From positions 248,001-312,000 of the forward strand of contig JASANG010000753.1 of NCBI GenBank assembly GCA_030248215.1: a stretch of 64,000 nt of DNA, in the 5' to 3' direction. Positions 11,501 through 26,500 of this stretch are shown here, piece by piece. The stretch comes from Enoplolaimus lenunculus. Taxonomy: Eukaryota. How positions within the stretch are numbered: the first letter of the stretch is position 1; each line of letters begins with the position of its first letter. The notes beneath the pieces are model-generated. The model searched no databases. It saw only the letters and a program-made list of their open reading frames with translations, and was not told where the DNA came from. The position numbers were made by a program, and so were the translations under genes.

Positions 11501-14500
11501 TGAGAATACGACGGAACATCGCCGATCGTTGTTTTTGAGGAAACTTAATGCCCATTTCAATGTCTACAATTTTTATTATGAATATTTTGTATTCAGTAGA
11601 CCAAAATTGTGTAAGTAGCTTTATAATATATTTCGCGTTCGGATTCTTTAATATTTTCAAACTGTGGATTTTAGGAAGCATTAAAAGATGAAAACTGTTT
11701 CAAAAAATTGTTATTTAGTTTAGCCTAAACTCTACGTTACTAACTGGCTAAATAGCATTCATCCAGTTAGCCAGGGTATAATCATATGTTTGCCTCCAGC
11801 TCCAATACAAAATCGACCTCTGTCTCTGGTATTTTTCGCATACTGTTACAAATTAGAAGTTCGCGAACATTTTTGCCTATTTTTACGTGGTTTTTTTTCA
11901 GATTTCAATCTGGTTCCAATGATAGTGTCGGGCCCCAGTGATCAAACTATATCCGCCGGTAAATCTCTTAACTTGGAAGCAACGGTCACCGGATACGAAT
12001 ACGCGGTAAGTGCTTTACTGCTAAATCGCAACTATTATTTTTTAACCGAAAAAGTCGTATTCTCAACTATGTATAGCATCTATTGTCAGTTTCCTGTCAG
12101 TCAGGGCAGGATCTCGGGACGTCAGACGATTTTACTAAGCAGCTCGAAAAGCAGATTTGCAGGGGTGGCTCGAACTAACGGCCTACGGAAACTTTGTCGA
12201 ACGTTTTACGCCACACAGCTCGCATCTCCAATTGTTTTTGTCGGCGAATATATGTCGATACGTATGCTGCTTTGCACATAACGGACAAGTATGTCTCACA
12301 TCCTCAATTTCTCGCTGTTACATTCGGAAATAACCGAACTGAGAAAGCTGCGGATCTAAAGATCACATTTTATGGTTTAAACATTTTAGTAGTATTTTCC
12401 ACCAAGAGTGGAAGATGCATACTTCAACAAGAGTACGCAACTGGGTACATTCTTTGTAGGAAATAGTGTACACGGCACGCGTTACGTTTATGGCCTATCT
12501 CTTTATTTCGAGGGGGTACAACCCTGTATGAACCATGACACTTCATGCGTCCGGCAACAATAATTGCTCCACTTTTAGTTTAATTTTATTGCATGTCATA
12601 GCGACCGTCTGTAAACAAGTGAGGGTCGGCCCAAAACGCAACTCCCGGTGGTACATTTTATACCATGAGGAACCCCAAACACTCTTGTATTATGCACTCT
12701 TCGTTTAAACTAAGTGTACGACAAATTAGAATTTAGCAAATATTATTCTGATGAACTGTGAAATTGAAAATCATATTTGATAAACAAATTTTTACGCTCG
12801 CAGAAAAGGTATTCGTGGCCTGATAAGCGATATTTTCAAGCTCCAAATAGGTCCCCGTAACCAGCTCACTTTGTTAGCGAGAAGGGTGGCTAGAAAGCTG
12901 CACGAGTGGCATACAAGGGATCGTTGACCTAACAAGCAAGGTTGAAAATTTTCTAGGGAGGAAATATTTTTCTAGGGAGCTGAGTCGCCATGGCCACTTT
13001 TTGGCTACGGACCCACTGCGCTATACAACGGTTCGCGATTTACTTTCAGATCGAATGGTACAAAGACGGTAAACGCAAAGGCGCCCGGCAATTCGCCAAT
13101 GGAAACGGAACCGCAAAAACGTTTAAATTTAAGATTCCTCACGTTATTCACACAGATGAAGGCAACTATGAAATAAGAGCGTTCAACGCGTATGGGGAAA
13201 CTCGACAACGAGCTTACGTCAAAGTTATTGGTAAGCTCAAGACTATCTATATCTACATTATTGAAGCTGGAACGCCTCGCATACTGTAGTGACCCGAATA
13301 AGACGGAAGACTGATATTTATTTGGCCTCTCCACAGGGTACCCCACCTTGCTATTCGGTTACGGACTGTTATTTATTTTTAACCCGCGCTCCGCCACCTT
13401 TCGTTACTGATATATATCCGGTATAGCAACTATCCGTTGAATTAAACGTTTATTTGTCTTGTGTCAATAGCTTGAGCGATCATGCAAGGTTCTACTTAGG
13501 AATGTACTTTCAAAATTTACGTCCGCCTTAAAGATTCGAACTCAATTGTATTTGGTTCTGGAGTCATTTATGAACTACAATTAGGAATAACTGACCTTCA
13601 TGGACTCTAATTAGGATTTAGGGACTCTATTTGCTTACGGTCTCTTATTAGGGACACAGAATCCTATTGATTGGGACTCAAAATGGGGACCCCCCTCTTA
13701 TTAGCCCACACCCTCTTATTCGGGTCACTACAGTACGTATTTTGGGCAGCGTTCTGGGTGAATTTTACAACCATTCGGCATTTTTTGTGGGAAATAAGTT
13801 AGCATCGGTTGCAAATATTACAACCACATTTATTAGCTATGTACAAAAGTAACAGTTGTACTTCTAAGCAATTGATCCCATGTAATATAACCTTGCCACA
13901 GACAGTCCCTACCGAAGTCCCAGCAACCTCTGCACTGCAAAAAATGGTGAGTCAAATTGATTCTCTCCGAAATAGGCTTTTCCTGGCAAAACAAACTCAG
14001 AATCAAACTCGACTCAATTTGACTCTAGCGGAGTCGAATTTTAACTCAGTTTGTGTAGTCAGGAAAAGCCTATTTCGGAGCGAGTCAATTTGACTTACCA
14101 TTTTTTGCAGAGTGGAAGAATTTTGGTTTCACTATAAATTATTCAACCTTGCTTATAAGTCATCGAAAACCCTTGTATACCGCTGCAAAAGAATATTTAG
14201 CGCCCAGCAATGAGAACTCGGAGCTATCTATTCTGGTCCGTCCATTGTGGTCGTTTTCTCAAGACAAAGCAGTCGAGGTCTTAACGTCGTCCCTCAACTT
14301 GCCATCCAATAGTGTCCAACACGTTTGCCTATTAAATCCTAAGTCTGTTCCTATTTAAATCCTAAGCCTATTCCTAATTAATTCCTAAGCCTATTCCTAA
14401 TGAAATCCTAAGCCTATTTCTAATTAAGTCCTAAGCCTATTCCTAATTAAATCCTAAGCCTATTTCTAATTAAATCCTAAGCCTATTCCTAATTAAATCC

Positions 14501-17500
14501 TAAGCCTATTCCTAATTAAATCCTAAGCCTATTTCTAATTAAATCCTAAGCCTATTCCTAATTAAATCCTAAGCCTATTCCTAATTAAATCTTAAGCCTA
14601 TTCCTAATTAAATCCTAAGCCTATTTCTAATTAAATCCTAAGCCTATTCCTAATTAAATCCTAAGCCTATTCCTAATTAAATCCTAAGCCTATTCCTAAT
14701 TAAATCCTAAGCCTATTTCTAATTAAATCCTAAGGCTGTTCCTAATTAAATCCTAAGCCTATTCCTAATTAAATCCTAAGCATATTCCTAATTCAATCCT
14801 AAGGCTATTCCTAATTAATCCTAAGCCTATTTCTAATTACATCCTAAGCCTATTCCTATTCAAATCCTAAGCCTATTCCTAAGAGTAAGTATAATACCGA
14901 ACATAATCCAAAGTCTAAGATTATTGATGGGGACAAAAATGTCGAGTCGACGAAATTTTTGGTAGATGAACTATCCCAAATCCTACCTAACGTACCTTAC
15001 GCAGTCGTCGGCCGCGATGTGTCACTAGCGGTAGAAACATAGTATTTTGATATATTTTAAATATATCAGGGTAATAGTTGTCAAGCCCTTAGCCGGGCTA
15101 CCTTGCTAGGGCAAGGGACTTAGCCGCTTTGTCACCCCTGAGGCTACGGACCCGTTGGTTGAACATTTTAGGGGAACAACCTCAGATTATCGATCATAGC
15201 GAGCTGATTACAGTGAGATCCGGGCAAAAAATTGTGATAAATTATACAGTTAAAGGAAGTCCATATATGGTAAGTCATTACGGAGTAGCATTCAAAAGGT
15301 TTAAGCTTAGGCTTAGGTTTAGACTTAACAAAATTTACTTTATAAAATTTGTTAAAATCGAAAATATCCTTTGAGAGCCGCATTAGTGCAAAAATAAGCC
15401 TTTCAAAATAGTTTTGGTCGATGTTACTTTTAGGACCGTCCCGGTTTCTGGTGGGTCTCTAAATAAGTAGGTTTACATTCTAGACTACATTTTTTGCTTA
15501 GGCTTAGGCTTAGGCTTAGGCTTACGAATGCGCTTTTGCAACGCTTAGACTTAGGCTTAAGCTTAGAAATACGCTTAATCTACTGTTACGACCCTTAAAG
15601 TACCATTGGCATTTAGTTTCAGTAGATTTTTCGCACTATAATTTTAAATTCAATCTCAGAGTTGAACGTAAATGTTGTTAAACTTTTCAACTTTTTAGTT
15701 CTCAAATTCTGCTCGCATTAATAGTCATTGATATGAAAAAATTTTTTGTTTGAGTTGTTTGATCGCTAAATCTACCTGATCTTTGGATCGCTGTGTGTTC
15801 ATATTTTAGGTTCAAATACACAAAGATGGTTTACTATTGAACCGAACGACAGTTTCAATCGTTGGAACCCGTCAACAGTCGTATGTTATTCAAAATGCCA
15901 CCACGGACAATGCTGGATTATACCGGATATGGGCTATTAATAACTATGGATCCGACAGCAAACTAGCTCGAGTGACAGTTTTAGGTTCGTTGAAATAGTC
16001 GCAGAAGCGATGGGCCAACACATAGAACAGGAGCGGAACAGTAGTATGAGCGTATTGCTAAACCTAAGCCTAACCGTAAGAATGAACTTATACCTAAGCC
16101 TAAGCCATAGCTTAAGGCTAAAGCCTTAGCATAAGACTAAGCCACAGCAAAAATAGTATAAAACTTAAGCTTACTCTATTCAAGTGCCACGGAATGACGT
16201 TCCGCCACTGATCTTTACATGGGCAGGTGATGTAAAAAACGTATCGAGGTCAATGACTGAGAAATGGGCTCAATGCAGGTCAGGTGTCGAGCAAAATCTA
16301 AAAAGCCTTACTTTCAATCTAAGCTGAGGGTCATGGGCCCAAATATTTGAAGTCGCTCGGAGCAAAATTTGGAAGCCTAAGTAGGGATCTAAGCCGAAGC
16401 CTAAGCTTAAAATGTCGTCCATGTTAATATAACGTTTATACGGATGTAAAACATTGTATCTTCTTTTCGGATCCCACCTCTTTAAAATCCGTGACGTTTG
16501 AGCAATACTTGATGAGAAGGTAAAAATCTTCCAAAAGAACACACACCTTTTTTGTCAATAGCAATGAAATTCTACTTAATAACACACCGTGATGGTACAA
16601 TGTGCATCAAAAAATACTACGGCAAGAAGCCAAACTTTTTACCAAAATTCATATTTTTTGTATATTTTTTGCAGAAAACACAACAACAAACACAATTGGT
16701 GGTGCAATGATTCTGGTTTCGCCTAGCAATGTAACCAAATATGAGCTGGAAAGCGCTACAGTTTCGATCGTTATTAATGGAACGAACTATAAGGTAAGTC
16801 TAACGAATATGGTAAAGGTTTTGTAGGTAACTGTTGGACGTTCTCAGGACGCAGTCCTTCAAAATTCTTGAAAACATTTTAATTTTATTGGCTAATGCTT
16901 TGAGCTTTATTGGCTAATGCATAGAACAGAGCTGTAACAGTTAATAGTTGTATAAGAATTGAAACCTAAGCTTATGCTTAAAGCCTAAGCGTAAGAACTG
17001 GCATAAACCTAAGCCTAAGCACTAAGCCTAGTCTATGCGCAAAAAATTAGTCGTAAAGTTTAAGCTTCTCTATTGCAGTCCCACAGCGAAACGTTTCGCC
17101 ACCTGATGTTTACAAGGGCCAGCAGCCTGATGCTATGCAGTTGAGAACGCGAGTGGCACTATCTGCAATCTACACCACAAGAAATTAATGTTAAACCATG
17201 AATTTTCCCGTGTCATCAATTTAAGGTTACAATGTAAACAATTTGTGCTAACATATCACATAAAAGTCGTACGGCCAACTTATAAAACAAAGCCTTACCA
17301 GTAGTATAGTAAGCATGTTTCTAATCCTACGCTTAATCATAAACCTAAGCCTAAGCCTAAGCCTAAGCAACAAATAAGTCTAAAGTTTTATGTTTACTCT
17401 ATTGCAGTCACGCAGAAAAACGCCTCGCTACTCATCTTTACATTGGCCAGTTGTAGAACCAACCTTGGTCATTAGCTGACTCCCACGTACCTCTAAGCTC

Positions 17501-20500
17501 ACCCAAACGTTTTGCAACTATTTTTTTACTGCAGATCACATGGTATGACTCCGACGGTAAACTGGTTCAAATCGATCAAGGTCCAGATGCGGCTCTGGTT
17601 AGCAATCGTCTGACTAAAATCACAACCCATTCGCTGACGTTTAATCAACTTCATCATTTTCACAACGGGCAACACTTTGTGATTGTTAGCCATGAAAATC
17701 GAACGCTTACGCTTACTTTTTGGGTTCGCGTAATACCAGGTAAAGACGTCGTGGCGTTAAGGGTTAATTGTAAGGGTCCATGTAAACATCAGGGGCGGAA
17801 CGTTTTTCTGTGGGACTGCAATAGAGTAAGCTTAAGCTTTAAACTAATTTTTTTGCTTGACTTTAGGTTTAGGCTTAGGAATAAACTTATTCTTATGCTT
17901 AGTGCTTAGGCTTAGGCGTAGGCTTAGGCTTAGGCTTTGGAATAAGCTTATTTATACTGTTGCGCCCCTGTTCTTTATATTGGTCATTGTGAGCAAGGAC
18001 CACGCCTGTAGTCAGGTCACCTTGCTAGCAGGTTTAGAAATTACTTAAGAAGAGCGTGCAAGGGTTTTCAATGACCTACAAAGCAAAGTTTAAAAACTTC
18101 TAGGGGGGCCAAGAGTTTTCTATGGGGGGCTGCCCCCCTTTGCAACGGGCCGGCAGGGACGCACCGGGAGGGGCGCTGGTGAGTCTCTCGATGGCAAATG
18201 ATAAGGGTGGAGCTATACTTGACGTACGTTGCCGACCGACGCCCGGATGGCGGTGCAAGTCAAAAATGTTTTGTTACTAATAATTGATGTGTTGTGCTAT
18301 GCGGCAATGCACATGCGTTGTACTACGGTGCCAGATGGTGACGGACGGCGCCGGAAGTCATCAAAAGTATACCGCCACCCTTATATGTTACCGCTTGCTA
18401 CGTTAATTGTTCTTTCGAAAATGGGGCTGACGAATTATAATTCCGTTTAAAATATATGGATATTTTACTAGCAAGCTTGCCGCTGAACACAATAAACCAA
18501 ATATTTTATAGTTAGTCAGGTTTCTAGGTATTATGTTAATGGATAGTCCTGCTGCAAGTGTACTTAAACAGGTCCATGTTAAGGACCTGCCCACTTAACG
18601 TAACCTAAACCTAAGCCTAAGTCTAGGTATAAGCCTAAGCATAATCCTATAATCCTTAACAGAGTCCTAGTGCTGAACATAATCCGAATCCTAATTGTAA
18701 TCCTAAGCCTAAATTTCCCTGGTTCTTAGTCCCAAAGTCTCCCGGTCTCGTAGTGGGCAGGCACTTCAATTTAATTTTGATCAATTAAACTATTTTATTA
18801 GGAATTTCGCCAGTTTTGATTGAAAAACCTAAAAATCAGCAAGTTTACTTGTATGGAAACGCAACATTTCACGTTAAAGTGCGCGGTGGACCATACTGGG
18901 TAAGCATTAATTTAAAATTTACTAACACTATTCGAAAAATTTAAAATTTTAAATCTTAGGTTTAAAATACAATCAAAACTAGTGAATTTTGTAGTTTTCG
19001 TTGAATAATTAGATAGAATTTTAATAATGTTCAAATTCAGCCAAATATTATTCATTTAAGCTAAACATTTTATTCGAGTTGAACGTTGGGATTTCATCGA
19101 CATTGTTTTATTTTTGCTAAAATTATATTTTCAGATACGTTGGACTCACGAGCAAATCAGCGGGACTCTAAAATCGAGTCAAATATTACACCATGACAGC
19201 TTGATCGTTCGACACAACGAACAAAGCCATTCGTTAACCCTACGGAATGTTACCCCTGAGGATGCTGGGACGCTGTACGTTCGGATATGGAACAACAATG
19301 GCTTAACAACTGCCAATGCAATGCTCAAAATAGTTAACGGTAATTCCTTGAGAGTAGAACCATTCTTGGGGGGCATCAATGCCGACCCTGCCATTTTCTA
19401 TACAATTTTACGTCACCCCTACGTAGGTTTTTGGACCCCACTTTTGGGCTGGCTCTTCTAGGCCTACAGGTGGGTTACGATGAAATTTTAGGTTCACGGA
19501 AGAAATTTAGACAAATGTTTTTGTCGCTCCTGGGTCGATATCGGCAGCTGGTTTGTTAACCCAAAATTTACGGCATGAATTGGTTTATTTTTTCAAATAT
19601 CTGCAGTAGCTGTATTACCAGTTGGCGACAGGTCTTGCAACTATCGAACAACTTTGATCCAAACTGCGCATCCGTGCGCTTGTGCGTTGTCTTCTCTGTA
19701 TTTATCATACTTTCGCGTGTTTGAAACACAACAACACAAACTTGCAAATCCTTATCGGATATTCGTTTCGGTTTCAGGTAAAAATCGGCTTCCGTTTGCG
19801 TTTTGTTTATACCGGAAATTGGATTATTTTTATGCTCAAAACAAAGTTATAAATCACGTTTACATCACGCAATTTTTCATTACAATATGCTGCAATTATT
19901 CGACGTCGACTATGAATACTTGCATGCCTTTTCAATTGTGTTGGCAGAAGAATAAAACATCTTTGAAACGTTTATACTTCAATATCCGTTTTTCGTTTTC
20001 GTTATTTCGAACACAATTCGTTTCTGTTTTCGTTTGCGTTATTTTTACTGTTCGTTTACACCATGGAAATTGGACAATACAACTTTTTGTTTGCGAACAT
20101 TTTTTTGCAAAATTGAACACAATTTTAAAATTGACAAAAATCTACATTCCGGAAATTAATATCAGGTTCAGCTTAAAAACAAGCCTAAGTCTAAGCCTAA
20201 GTCTAAACTTGAGCCTAAGCTTAACCCTATGACGTCATTCCAAAATCTGGCAATTTCGAAAACTGTGGACGGAGAGCGTATATTCCAAAGTCCTGGTTTG
20301 TTTATATTAAATTTGTTCTAAAAGCAAAGCTAAATTTAATCTGGTTAGATTTCAGGCGGAAAACCCAATATCCACCAGATTATGAATCGAACCGTTCTTG
20401 AGGGCCGACCAGTGATACTGGAGGCAAATATTTCGAATGCACCTGATAAAGTAAGCCTAATATTGGTTTAAACAGTGTCTTGTGACAGACGGCTCAAGTC

Positions 20501-23500
20501 AAGAATAGGGGCCTGCCGACTACAAGTTAAGAGCGCTGGAGGCACTAGAGACTGAAACACTTAGGCTTACGTTTAGGCTTACGATTCGGCTTAGTTTTAG
20601 ATTGAGATTTAGGTTTAGACTTATGCAACTTCCACAATAACATGCGTATATCAGGTGACTATTGAGGGGATAGTGTCATGGACACTGAAGCCAAATAGCT
20701 TCAGTATCATAGACTTTGAAACCAAAAGGCTTCAGTGTCCATGACACTACCACCGTCAAAAGTTAAATTGTGTACGCATGTTATTGTGGAAGTTACATTA
20801 TGTTCAGTAGGCAGACCTGTATTGGTTTCATGGGCCAAGTAATTAATAAAGCATTGAGGGTCAGCCGGCTTTGCTTGCGCAATGCGCAAAAATTTGCGAA
20901 TGCACAACAATCTGCATGCAAATTTTCTTTTCGCACAACAATCACGTTTGCGTTCTAGCAAAATAACCGAAAATACGTATGTGGGAAATGTATACAAATC
21001 TGACACAAATCTTCGTTTCATGCTTTATGTTGTAAGAAATTACTGTAAACACATTGATGCTAGAAAGTTGCCCAACATACGCATGTGAGAAATTCCAGCT
21101 TTAATTATATCGATAATTATTATAACTAGTAATCCGTAGTTGCACACATGTGCAACTTTCAAGTATATAAAAATCTACACTTAATTTGCATATCTAAAAG
21201 TCAGTTGGAACGATGCCCAAATTACGTATGTGGGGCGTTCTAGCTTTAATAATATAGATTATAAGCATAGATAAAGTGTGTACCCTAACTAAAATAACTG
21301 TTGTCATCTGTAAAGCCAAGCTTATAGGTCATTTGGTACCGATTAAGCCGTGTTATACAAGAATCGACACACCAACCTGAGTATGGGCAACCTAGGTCGT
21401 ACACTTTAACGCTGCCTAACGTAACGCGAGATAACGAAGGATTATACAAGATAGTTGCGTCTAATACATACGGTCACACATTTGGTTCAATTCAACTGAA
21501 CGTTCAACGAACGGTTGAAACTCAACATCGCTGTGAGTCGACATTTTTTGCAAAACTGTGCTACGTGCCTTCCAGTAGCCCATACTGATGGGGCTTGCGC
21601 TCAGGAGAAACTATGTATGGATTTCAAGCGGGTACACTGGCGTATAATAATTTGAACGGGGGGTGCTTCTTGTGGCTAAATAAGTTCATAAAGACACCCC
21701 AGTGCAAAAATTTCAAACCAGAGGGTTGACACCTAAACCACGTTCGTGGCTACGTCTGTGGGGACGAGAGTACTGGACCGTATGAAGGGTCTTAATATTT
21801 GAGCCGACGCTCTTAAATATCCTTTGACATCAAAAAAATTAAAGAATTAAAAAAATAAAATTGAAACTACGGGGGTTTATTTTAAAATAGTTTCCGTGGG
21901 TGCCTCAGAACATTGGCAGATTCTGAAATTTCTAACAACGGGGATATCGATGAGTTATGATGAATAATAGCGAAAAAATGTTTGCGAGCAAGAAGTCAAA
22001 CGCAATTTTAGTACTTAATATTAAACCCTTTCTCACATGAATATTTTCAATTCCATATGAGATGTAATTTTAAGGTCAGATTCGATCCCCAGTTTCTCGG
22101 GTTGGAGGCGTTTACGATGACCACTCAGCGATAGAAGTTTGATGCTAGAGCCCGAGAGGGCTTTCACGTCTTGTACAGATTTTGCACTGCGCATATATGT
22201 TAGAATCGTTAAACACTACTTACAGTGTCTGTGTTGCTCGTATATTACTTGTATTTAGTTGATCATAGTTTACTCTATGAGTTAAAGGATTAATACAAAA
22301 TTTTGGTTTTGATCCCTGTTGAGGGCGCCTAGAGCGGCGTGTGCCCTGTTAACAATTCGCCTCTCTTTCAGACAACTGCTCCACAACTATCAAATGGATC
22401 AACTTCGTCATCGACGGATCAGCAAGCGTTGGTGGAAGTAATTTTGACCGGATCCAGCATTTGTTAGCGGAAATTGTCCGCAATTCTCCAACTGACGCCA
22501 GATTCAGTATTCTACAATATGGTTTGCGTTCAGTTTGGGAACTTCAACCGCATAATACAGCGTCTAAAGCGAAAGTTTTAGGTATACTTAGCGTAAGGCT
22601 TCCGACTTATCACCGTGGGATACTTAAAATAAAATTCTTTTCGAAATTTTAAAACATTTTAACACAGAATGAATTTTAAATTGGTAAAATTGAAAAAATA
22701 CTACAATTTGAGGTTGGAAATATGCCGAAAATTTTCACATGTATGCACTTTATAGGATCGTTTTTGAGTTGGTATCATACGAAATGATGGATTTTGAAAT
22801 TTTTTTGATATAAAACGTGGCCCCGCGTGATTGGTCTTTGAATAATTTCATGAAAAAAGTTGTATTCTCAAATGTGTGTAGCACCTATTGTCGCTCATAT
22901 CCGCAAACGGAAATATTTATTCATTCATAATCACAGAAAATTATTTAAAACTCTAAGCAGCCAATCAATTGTTTGAAGTTTGAGCAAATGTATTGAGCAG
23001 CGGTGGAACAGTTGTATAAGCATATTCCTAAGCCTAAGAATAAACTATTTATCCAGATATACTCCGCCAACTACGCTACATGAACGGAACAACGACCCGT
23101 ACTGTTCACGCGTTGAATAAAACCATTGGTTCACTTGGCTTATCCGCGAATCCGGCAAACACAGCGTTGATTTTAGTCACAGACGGACGTGCAGCAGATT
23201 GGTACCAGGGAGGCAATAGCATCGCACCACGGTTGAGAAAGGTTAGTGTTACCTGTTGGCAGATAGAAATTGGCGTCGGAGTCGACATGACCGGTGCCTG
23301 GGTGTGGTTTACGGGCAGGCCGTAGCCAGCTCACCATGCTAGGGGGTGCTAAAAATATTTAGGAGGGGCAATTCATGGGTTTTTAGTGACTTGCAAGCAA
23401 GGTTGAAAAATTGGGTCAAAATTTTTACAAGGGGAAGCTGAGCCAAACCTGCTCCCCGCCTTGGCTACGGGCCCGGTTTGGGGGGTCAAGATTATCCCAT

Positions 23501-26500
23501 CGGTGACCCGAGAACTTGCGGCTGCAAATTGCACGCAGAACTTGCATTGTTTTGATCAGCCAATGAGAAAGCGGCTGCAATAACTTCAATGAACTTGCAA
23601 GGTTATTCGCACATGTGAATTAAATTCCTAACTATGATTTTTAATGAATTATTTGCAGCTGCAAGTTTTCAAAATTTAGCACACTGCAAAATTCCAACGT
23701 GTTGATTTAATCAACTCAGAGAGTGAATTAGTCATTTCTGGTTAACGTTAACTCGCTCTGATCTGATTTAATTCGGGTGAGCTGATTAACCAACTCGGAA
23801 TGAGTTCAATCATTTCAGGATTCTGAGTTCTGAAAGACCGAATGCACAGCTCAAGCTTTTAAGTGCATTCAACTCATTCTGTGGTAAAATCAACTCACTG
23901 AAATTTACAGTGCAGAAGACACGCCTGTCAATTTTGAAATATTCTTAATTTGTTTAACTAAATAATGTTTCAGAAGGCGTTAGTTTGGGTAATAGGAACC
24001 GGTGTGTCGGTAAATCGCAGTCAACTCATTGCACTGTCGGGTTCAGAGTCTCAAACACTCGTTGAACCCAACTACGCCATGGTTCAATCTAAGTTGAAAA
24101 TTGTCAATTCAATCCGATGTCGAATGCCTTCGGTGTTTACACCGAATTCCTTGATACGAGAGTGTAAGTCTTAATAATCATTCATATTCGAAGATATTGT
24201 AGTTTTAATCTTAGGACCCACATTCTGACAACCGTATCACCAGTCAGTGATGGGTTTTCAGCTTTCACGAACTGCTGCAATTGCGGATCTCAAAATTTGC
24301 CCAGAAGTATAACGAATCTAAATCTAAAAACATTACTGAATGTGTAAGCTCACCATTCACTGAATCGAAATTTACAAGGAATATCAATCATCAACTGGTG
24401 ATAGGGGCTACACACATCTGGAAATACGGGATTATGCTTATGGGGCCCATAAGCTTGCACACACCGTAGACAAAGGGAATGATAAGGTTAATATTTTGCA
24501 AAAACATTTTGGTCCATGTAAATAACAGGGTCCTGCCAACTAAGCTTAAGCCTAAGCCTTAAACCTAAGCATCCCAGTGTCTAAGTCCACAATTTCCTGG
24601 GTTCCCAATGGACAGTCCCCTGAACATAAGGCAACATTTTGGGTAGTAAAATTGCATTAGTGTTATTTCACTCAAGGTAGCTAAGACCTTTGATAGTTCT
24701 GTTGGTGTTTTTTATTTAAATGTTTTCTCACATGAATATTTTCTATTTCATCTGGAATCTAAATATGTCACATATACAGTTTGCAATTAGTTGCTCATAG
24801 TGTACTCGGTTCATGTTACTTTTACGGCCGGCCGAGTTTCTAGTGTGCCGGTAACATAGTAGGTTTACACTTTTGACTCACATTATCTGCTTAGGTTTAG
24901 GCTTAGGTTGACGTTAACGCTTAGACTTAGGCTTAAGAATATAATTAATTTACTGTTACGGCCCTAAACGTAACATCGACCTTGTATTGTATGCGAGAAA
25001 CGGTAAAGTGAATTCGCTAGTGTTGATATGTTTACTTGTTCAGATAAAACGCCACCGATGATTTTGATGGGTTTGCAGTGCCAAAAATTCAAACCAGGAT
25101 CCAGTTTCACGCTCACTGTTCAAGTCACTGGAACACCGTATAATGTAAGCAGGCCCGTAGCCAGCTCAACTTGCTTGGTGGGGGGGGGGGTTAAAAAATT
25201 TTCAGGAGGGGCATTTAGATGTTTTCATTGACTTACAAGCAAGGTTGGAAATTTTCTAGGGGGGCCCCCAAGATTTTTCCAGGGGGACTGAGCTCACCCT
25301 GGCCCACCCTTGGCTACGGGCTCGAATTTAAGTCAAATTATTTCGTCGTGTACGACATTCTAGCTTTAGTTTCCGCTTAATAGTCGCCGGCACTGTCAAT
25401 ATGAGCTGGAAGCCAAACGATGCGGCAGGAAGGCGTAGTCCTTCATAAAAAAGTTAACTCCCAAAAACAGTTTCAGCTCCGCCCTAAGTTACACAAAACT
25501 TTGCGTATTTCTTCTGAAATTTGGCAAAATCTAACCTGGCTGTGAGACTCATGTAAAACCGTAAGCAGTGTCTATTTTAGAATTTTGAACTTTGACAACT
25601 TTACAACGAGCTTATACCAAAGTCTAAGCCTAAGCCTAGGCGTTATACAAAAATAGTTTAAAGCTTAAGCTTACTCTATTGCAATCCCGCAGAACAACGT
25701 GTCGCCTCAGATCTTTACATGGGTCAAATAAGAGTTGAAAAATGCCAAAAGGCAATGGGCGGTCAAAAGTACCAAAAACAATTAATATTCATTAATTTTA
25801 AACATTTTCTGATTGAATTGTTAACGATTTTGCAAACGTAATTTAAAAAATATTTTATTAGCTTTTTCGCCCCACCCCAGCCAATTCCAAGTTCTCGGTA
25901 CGCCACTGTAGCACGCTTTGAAACGAAAGACCAGGCTTGTAGCCAGCTCACATTGCTAGGGGGCTAAAAAATTTTCAACAGGGGCATAGTTGGGTTTTTG
26001 TTGACTTTTACAATCATAAAATTTTTCTAAGATTGTCAAACAGTTTCCAGTATGACTAAGGGCCCCCCTGGCCCCACTTTGGCTACGGCTCCGAGAAAGA
26101 CCCTTCAACTGGGGGTCGGAGCTACTTATAAGGCATAACATTTGTCTTCTGGTATAGGCACTGCTGTATTGAATCATTGTTTATCAATTTTGAAAATATA
26201 ATTTCAAAAATTAATTTTTAATTGCTTTCCGGAAGCCGACCCCTAGGTTGTTGTTTCCCGGTGCGTCACTGAAGAGCATTCAAACCAGCTTAGGCTTTCC
26301 TATTGACGTTTTCGAATCGAAAAACAAGTAACAGATGTTTGATATTTAACCTAAATCTTTGCCTAATCTACAGGATCGCCGCCAACTCACCTCGCTAAGG
26401 AAAGATATAAAAATATTTTGCGAGGGGCATATAAAGGTTTCCGACCGGTTCCAAGTGTAAAGTTGAAACTTTTCCAGAGTGGCCTCCACGTTTTTCTAGG

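Noticed and set aside
14350..14883. CRISPR-like regular repeat (also 57530-57940)
   Set aside because: No unique spacers, no cas genes, eukaryotic context.
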